From Candidatus Curtissbacteria bacterium (GTDB taxonomy: Bacteria; Patescibacteriota; Microgenomatia; Curtissbacterales; GWA2-41-24), in contig JAUSJC010000010.1 in assembly GCA_030647775.1 (NCBI GenBank), forward strand, positions 136,718-200,717: 64,000 bases of DNA. Reading direction: 5' to 3'. Each line of letters opens with the position of its first letter. Position 1 is the first letter of the stretch. Under the pieces are notes generated by a model. That model saw only the letters and a list, made by a program, of their open reading frames with translations. It ran no database searches and was not told the DNA's origin. A program made the translations under genes and the position numbers. Below are positions 59,707-64,000 of the stretch, piece after piece.

Positions 59707-61227
59707 ATGGTTGCCGTTTTTAATTTTGGAGGGCAATACGCTCATTTAATTGCTAGACGCATCAGAGAATTAGGTGTCAAAAGTGAACTAGTACTACCGG
59801 AAATTTCTTCTCGAGATTTACTTAAGCTTTCTCCACGAGCCTTAATTTTTTCCGGAAGCCCTTTTTCCTGCTACGAAAAAAACGCCCCTCAAGTCAACAA
59901 AAAAATTTACGATTTGGGATTACCTATTTTAGGTATTTGCTACGGTCAGCAGTTAATGGCTTATCAGCTGGGCGGCAACGTTTCACCTCACCAAGACAAA
60001 CAATTCGGCAAAGAAACAATTGAGGTAGTGGTAAGCCCCCTTTTTTCCGGCCTTGCAAGGCATGAGACCGTTTGGTTCTCTCATGGGGATCAGGTAGATA
60101 AACTCCCGGAAGGTTTTAAGATTATTGCGTCAACTAAAAATACCAAAGTCGCGGCTATGGCCAATGACCAAAAGAAATTTTACTGCGTGCAGTTTCATCC
60201 GGAAGTCGTACATACCCCAAAAGGCATGACGATTCTTTCGAATTTTCTTTTCAAGATTGCTGAAGTTAAAAAAGACTGGAATCTAAAAGAGGTCAAAAAA
60301 GAAATGATTACAACTCTTATAAAACAGACAAAAGACGAAAAAGTCTTAATAGCTATTTCCGGCGGGGTAGATTCTTTAGTTGCCGCAGCTCTTTTGAAAG
60401 AAGCAATCGGTACAAGACTTCACTTGCTCTTCATCAATACGGGGCTTCTTCGCAGTTATGATCTCCCCGACCTTGAAAATGTTATTACGAAAGTTAAATT
60501 CAAAAACTTTAAGATTGCCGACAAGGGGAAAGTCTTTTTGAATGCTTTGAAAGGGATTACCGATCCTGAAGAAAAGAGAAAAATTATTGCCGGAATTTAT
60601 TTCAAAACTTTGGAAGAAGAAGCCAAAAAGCTCGGTAATATCAAATTCCTTGGCCAGGGGACAATTTATCCGGACCGTGTCGAATCGGCTCAAACCTCAA
60701 AGCACGCCGACAAAATCAAAAGCCACCACAACGTTACACTCCCCTCGGGACTAAAGTTAGAGTTGGTAGAACCATTGTCAGAGTTTTACAAAGATGAGGT
60801 AAGGGCAATCGGTAAACTTATGGGCTTGCCTGGTGAGTTTCTAGGCCGCCATCCGTTTCCGGGCCCCGGGCTAGCAATCAGGATTTTAGGAGAAGTAACC
60901 ACAGAAAGGCTCGACATTTTAAGATTAGTCGACGCAATCTTTATTGAAGAGCTAAAACTTTCCGGATTATATAATAAGGTAGGACAAGCACTTGCCGCCC
61001 TTCTTCCCGTCAAATCCGTAGGGGTCATGGGGGATAGCCGCACCTACTCCTACATTGTTTCGCTAAGAGCTGTCGATACTATTGATTTTATGACAGCAGA
61101 CTGGTCAAAGATCCCATACGCAGTTTTGGAAAAGATATCTTCCAGAATCGTCAACGAAGTCCGCGGCGTTAATCGCGTCGTCTACGACATTACCCAAAAA
61201 CCCCCGGCCACCATCGAATATGAATAA
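59707..61227 (+). CDS. guaA: GMP synthase (glutamine-hydrolysing)
   Basis: GICYG.Q, QFHPEV, SGGVDS, IKSHHNV, HPFPGPGL, KPPATIE. Confidence 0.98.
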   Translation: MVAVFNFGGQYAHLIARRIRELGVKSELVLPEISSRDLLKLSPRALIFSGSPFSCYEKNAPQVNKKIYDLGLPILGICYGQQLMAYQLGGNVSPHQDKQFGKETIEVVVSPLFSGLARHETVWFSHGDQVDKLPEGFKIIASTKNTKVAAMANDQKKFYCVQFHPEVVHTPKGMTILSNFLFKIAEVKKDWNLKEVKKEMITTLIKQTKDEKVLIAISGGVDSLVAAALLKEAIGTRLHLLFINTGLLRSYDLPDLENVITKVKFKNFKIADKGKVFLNALKGITDPEEKRKIIAGIYFKTLEEEAKKLGNIKFLGQGTIYPDRVESAQTSKHADKIKSHHNVTLPSGLKLELVEPLSEFYKDEVRAIGKLMGLPGEFLGRHPFPGPGLAIRILGEVTTERLDILRLVDAIFIEELKLSGLYNKVGQALAALLPVKSVGVMGDSRTYSYIVSLRAVDTIDFMTADWSKIPYAVLEKISSRIVNEVRGVNRVVYDITQKPPATIEYE

Positions 61228-61261
61228 CCACTAATATACTAGTATATTAGTGCCAAACAAC

Positions 61262-61822
61262 ATGAATAAAATTAGGCCAAAAGACCTGGTTGTCGTCACA
61301 AGCAATATTAGTAAACTGGCGGAGATTAATCAGATTCTTGGCACGAGTCACAAAGTATCAACGCTCGATGTCCCAGAAATCCAGTCACTCAATCTTAATG
61401 AAGTAATTACGGCTAAAGCAAAAACCGCTTACGAAAAAATTAAAAAACCGGTTTTAGTAACTGATGTAAGTTTAGAAATTGAAGCATTGGGAGGCCTACC
61501 CGGCCCATTCGTAAAATTCTTTCTAAAAACTTTGGGAGCCGAAAAAACCGTTAGCCTTATTAAAGGAAAGAACACTAAAACTAAAGTTACCGACGCCATT
61601 GCCCTCTACGACGGCAAAAGCCTCAAAATTTTTAAAGGTGAAGTTCATGGTCATTTAATATCAAAGGCCAGAGGCAGTCACGGTTTTGGATTCGACTTTG
61701 TTTTTGTTCCGGACGGATACGAAAAAACTTACTCCGAAATGTCACCAACAGAAAAAAATAAAATTTCCCACCGCGCCCTGGCATTAAAAAAACTCAAAAA
61801 ATATTTATCCCATGTATCTTAG
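61262..61822 (+). CDS. Non-canonical purine NTP pyrophosphatase (Ham1/RdgB family)
   Basis: TSN..K..E, EIQ, GLPGPFVK, FGFD, KNKISHR. Confidence 0.92.
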   Translation: MNKIRPKDLVVVTSNISKLAEINQILGTSHKVSTLDVPEIQSLNLNEVITAKAKTAYEKIKKPVLVTDVSLEIEALGGLPGPFVKFFLKTLGAEKTVSLIKGKNTKTKVTDAIALYDGKSLKIFKGEVHGHLISKARGSHGFGFDFVFVPDGYEKTYSEMSPTEKNKISHRALALKKLKKYLSHVS

Positions 61823-64000
61823 TGCCAAAATAAGATCCAGGGCCAGAGGTTCAACTCTCGCCAGAGCTGAAATAAAAACTCTAAAACCTTGTAAAGCCGT
61901 TTTTCTCCACCAGCCTTCCCTTTTTGCCCTAATATCTCCTTGGCCGGTGCAAAACCCTCCGCAGGTTTATCTGGTGCCGTACCAACGCTTCCGATAATCG
62001 GGCCTGTATTGACCTCATTGGAAAAAGCGCTCTTATTACCTATCTGGTCCAGCGCCGTAAGCGCAAAGTAGAAAGTCTCTGAAGGTAACCTTTTAACTTG
62101 ATAGCTGCCAACATTACCGACTTTTGCCGCAAAATCATATTTTGTGCCTTGTCTTCCATACCAAATAATATAGTCAATAGCATCTAAAACCTTTTCCCAC
62201 GATAAATAAACTGTTCCCTGACCAACCCCGCCCAAAGTCAAAGTTGGCTTGGCGGGTCCAGTCCGATCCACCCAAAGGTCAAGAGAGCTTGAAGATATAT
62301 TTCCTCCCCAATCATAAGCGTTCACGGTCACATAATACTTGCCTTCGCGTGTCAAACCGCGTATTAAGTATTCGGATGTCTTATTATCAACCTCCGCGGA
62401 TTTTTCTTCGCCGGTGGCTTCATGCTTCCATCGCACAATATACTTGACAAGCCTTAAATTATCGTCGGATTCTTGCCAGCTAACCTTAACCGAATCCAGA
62501 CTTGTTGGATTCGTTTCGGCTTTAAAATCTTTCGAGACAGTAGGTTTTGTTGTATCGGCGGAAGCAACAAAAGTAGTTAGGTGGCAGGCATCGATCCATA
62601 TGGTATTTGGCGAGTGACTTGTACCCATTTTCGCAGTACAGCCGGCCGCAGCCAACCCGCCTAAATCGTCATAACTTTGCCAACTGGAAAGCGTGTCGTT
62701 ATAAAAAAAGAAACCAACTAGCTGGTCTTTATTGGCAATATCAGAAGTGGGGAATTTGCTATCATTATAAGGAACTTCAAAGCGAATTGGCCAATTAATA
62801 CTTGCTCCCGAATTAACATCAACAGTGTAATAGGAATCGAAAGTAACAGCCTTTGTGTTAGTACCCTCAAGAGGTGAACCCGAGACTTGGCCCGCGACAA
62901 TTGTCGCCCCGCCGCTTCCGGCAGTTGCCTTAAAAGTCAACGTTCCAACAATTTTTGTAATTGAACCGCCAGGCCCTAAATTGACACCGCCCAAAACCTG
63001 ATAACTTTTTACACCGGAGGCAGTTACAATTGTGCTGTAATCTACTGTACCCAGACTGCTACTATCAACGCTATGAATAATAAGCCTTTCAATGTCGGCT
63101 AGGTTTCCGGTTCCCCAGTCATTGTTCTTGGCATCTATGGCTGTACTGCTTTGGTTATTAACCGCCACAGTATTATTGGTAAAAGTGTTATTGTTGACTA
63201 CCACAGCGCCCAAGACCCCTGCGCTTATGGCAATACCAGTAGCAAAATCGCCGATATTAGCATTCTTAACGGTTACCGACCCAGAGGCGATTGTTATACC
63301 AACCCCGCTTCCGCCGCCGGATAGGGTGTAATTGCCAGAATCTCCGAGTAGCGCGAGTGGTTTGCTAATGGTTAAATTTTCCGAGTAAGTACCCGGTCTT
63401 ACTTTAACTACTGCGCCGGAGTTTGCAATATCAATAGCTTTCCCAATCGTTTTATAACAAGGTGCTTGCAGATTACATGTAAAATCCGAAGTATCGGCAA
63501 AAACTAGATTGCGCGACGTTGGAGTATTGTTGGCAAGCCCCGCAGTCGGCAGCTCAAAAACTTGCCAGGTGGTGGATCCGTCAGTTACCCTACCAAAAGA
63601 TTCACCACTTCCAGTTGACCCCAAATTTTGGCCACTGGAACTATTAATAGTCAAGTTGTTTATATTATTGCTATTGTCATACTGAACCCGGTCGATAGTT
63701 GTACCAGAATTGTTGACCAGAAAAATATCCTCGACCCCGCTATTATTTAAAACATTCCCGCTGAAAGCAAAAGCCCTAACCTGGCCGGCAGCAATTGTTC
63801 CACTTAAGTTTATATCTGCCCCGCTGCCGGTAGCGTCCCTAATAGACCAATTGGTCAAATCCAAAGTGGAGGAAGAGTTATTATAGATTTCTACCCACTC
63901 CGGACCGCCAGCCGTTGGCTGGAAAACCACTTCATTTATTAGTACGCTTTGAGTTGTATCATTAACCGGATCCGTAACCACAAAAATCGCAGCCTCAATC
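61819..64000 (-). CDS. Secreted or surface protein: lamin-tail domain, beta-helix and fibronectin III domains (5' end outside the window)
   Basis: INEV...EWVEIYN (LTD); TI..AI..A..G..V.V.PGTY.E; FN3-like W and Y patterns. Confidence 0.8.
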   Translation of the reverse strand, partial: IEAAIFVVTDPVNDTTQSVLINEVVFQPTAGGPEWVEIYNNSSSTLDLTNWSIRDATGSGADINLSGTIAAGQVRAFAFSGNVLNNSGVEDIFLVNNSGTTIDRVQYDNSNNINNLTINSSSGQNLGSTGSGESFGRVTDGSTTWQVFELPTAGLANNTPTSRNLVFADTSDFTCNLQAPCYKTIGKAIDIANSGAVVKVRPGTYSENLTISKPLALLGDSGNYTLSGGGSGVGITIASGSVTVKNANIGDFATGIAISAGVLGAVVVNNNTFTNNTVAVNNQSSTAIDAKNNDWGTGNLADIERLIIHSVDSSSLGTVDYSTIVTASGVKSYQVLGGVNLGPGGSITKIVGTLTFKATAGSGGATIVAGQVSGSPLEGTNTKAVTFDSYYTVDVNSGASINWPIRFEVPYNDSKFPTSDIANKDQLVGFFFYNDTLSSWQSYDDLGGLAAAGCTAKMGTSHSPNTIWIDACHLTTFVASADTTKPTVSKDFKAETNPTSLDSVKVSWQESDDNLRLVKYIVRWKHEATGEEKSAEVDNKTSEYLIRGLTREGKYYVTVNAYDWGGNISSSSLDLWVDRTGPAKPTLTLGGVGQGTVYLSWEKVLDAIDYIIWYGRQGTKYDFAAKVGNVGSYQVKRLPSETFYFALTALDQIGNKSAFSNEVNTGPIIGSVGTAPDKPAEGFAPAKEILGQKGKAGGEKRLYKVLEFLFQLWRELNLWPWILFWH

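Noticed and set aside
4799-63331. Numerous alternative-frame and antisense ORFs in the track
   Set aside because: They overlap well-supported genes and carry no motifs; treated as shadow ORFs.
1-64000. Alternative genetic code (UGA as Gly)
   Set aside because: TGA terminates rpoB, fusA, rpsC and secY at the expected positions.

Overview
Genomic segment of a Patescibacteria/CPR bacterium, probably Microgenomates-like. The assignment is inferred from the missing rpmD (L30), the extended ribosomal proteins and the typical palindromic repeats; TGA is used as a stop codon. In order, the window holds: mltG; a small accessory patch (two toxin-antitoxin pairs, an IS200/IS605-like miniature element, two accessory genes); rpoB-rpoC; the str operon interrupted by an orphan gene and a GreA-N-terminal-like mini-gene; the S10-spc-alpha ribosomal superoperon plus rplM-rpsI; tRNA-Pro; a TrpR/YerC-like gene, recA, recX, rny and hup; miaB, miaA and GT-C glycosyltransferases; RNase P RNA; a purine biosynthesis cluster with two archaeal-type PurP paralogues; and a partial secreted LTD/FN3 protein. 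The main unexplained patterns are four. (1) Repeat-filled spacers inside the core operons are spanned by micro-ORFs running from the upstream stop to the downstream start, while first genes look leaderless. (2) Palindromic repeats are translated inside ribosomal proteins, including an identical 70-bp block in L4 and L22. (3) The RNase P RNA has a duplicated P4 3' strand with an antisense segment between the copies. (4) Several single-gene cassettes are bracketed by direct repeats. All calls come from reading the sequence by eye; no database searches or folding programs were run.
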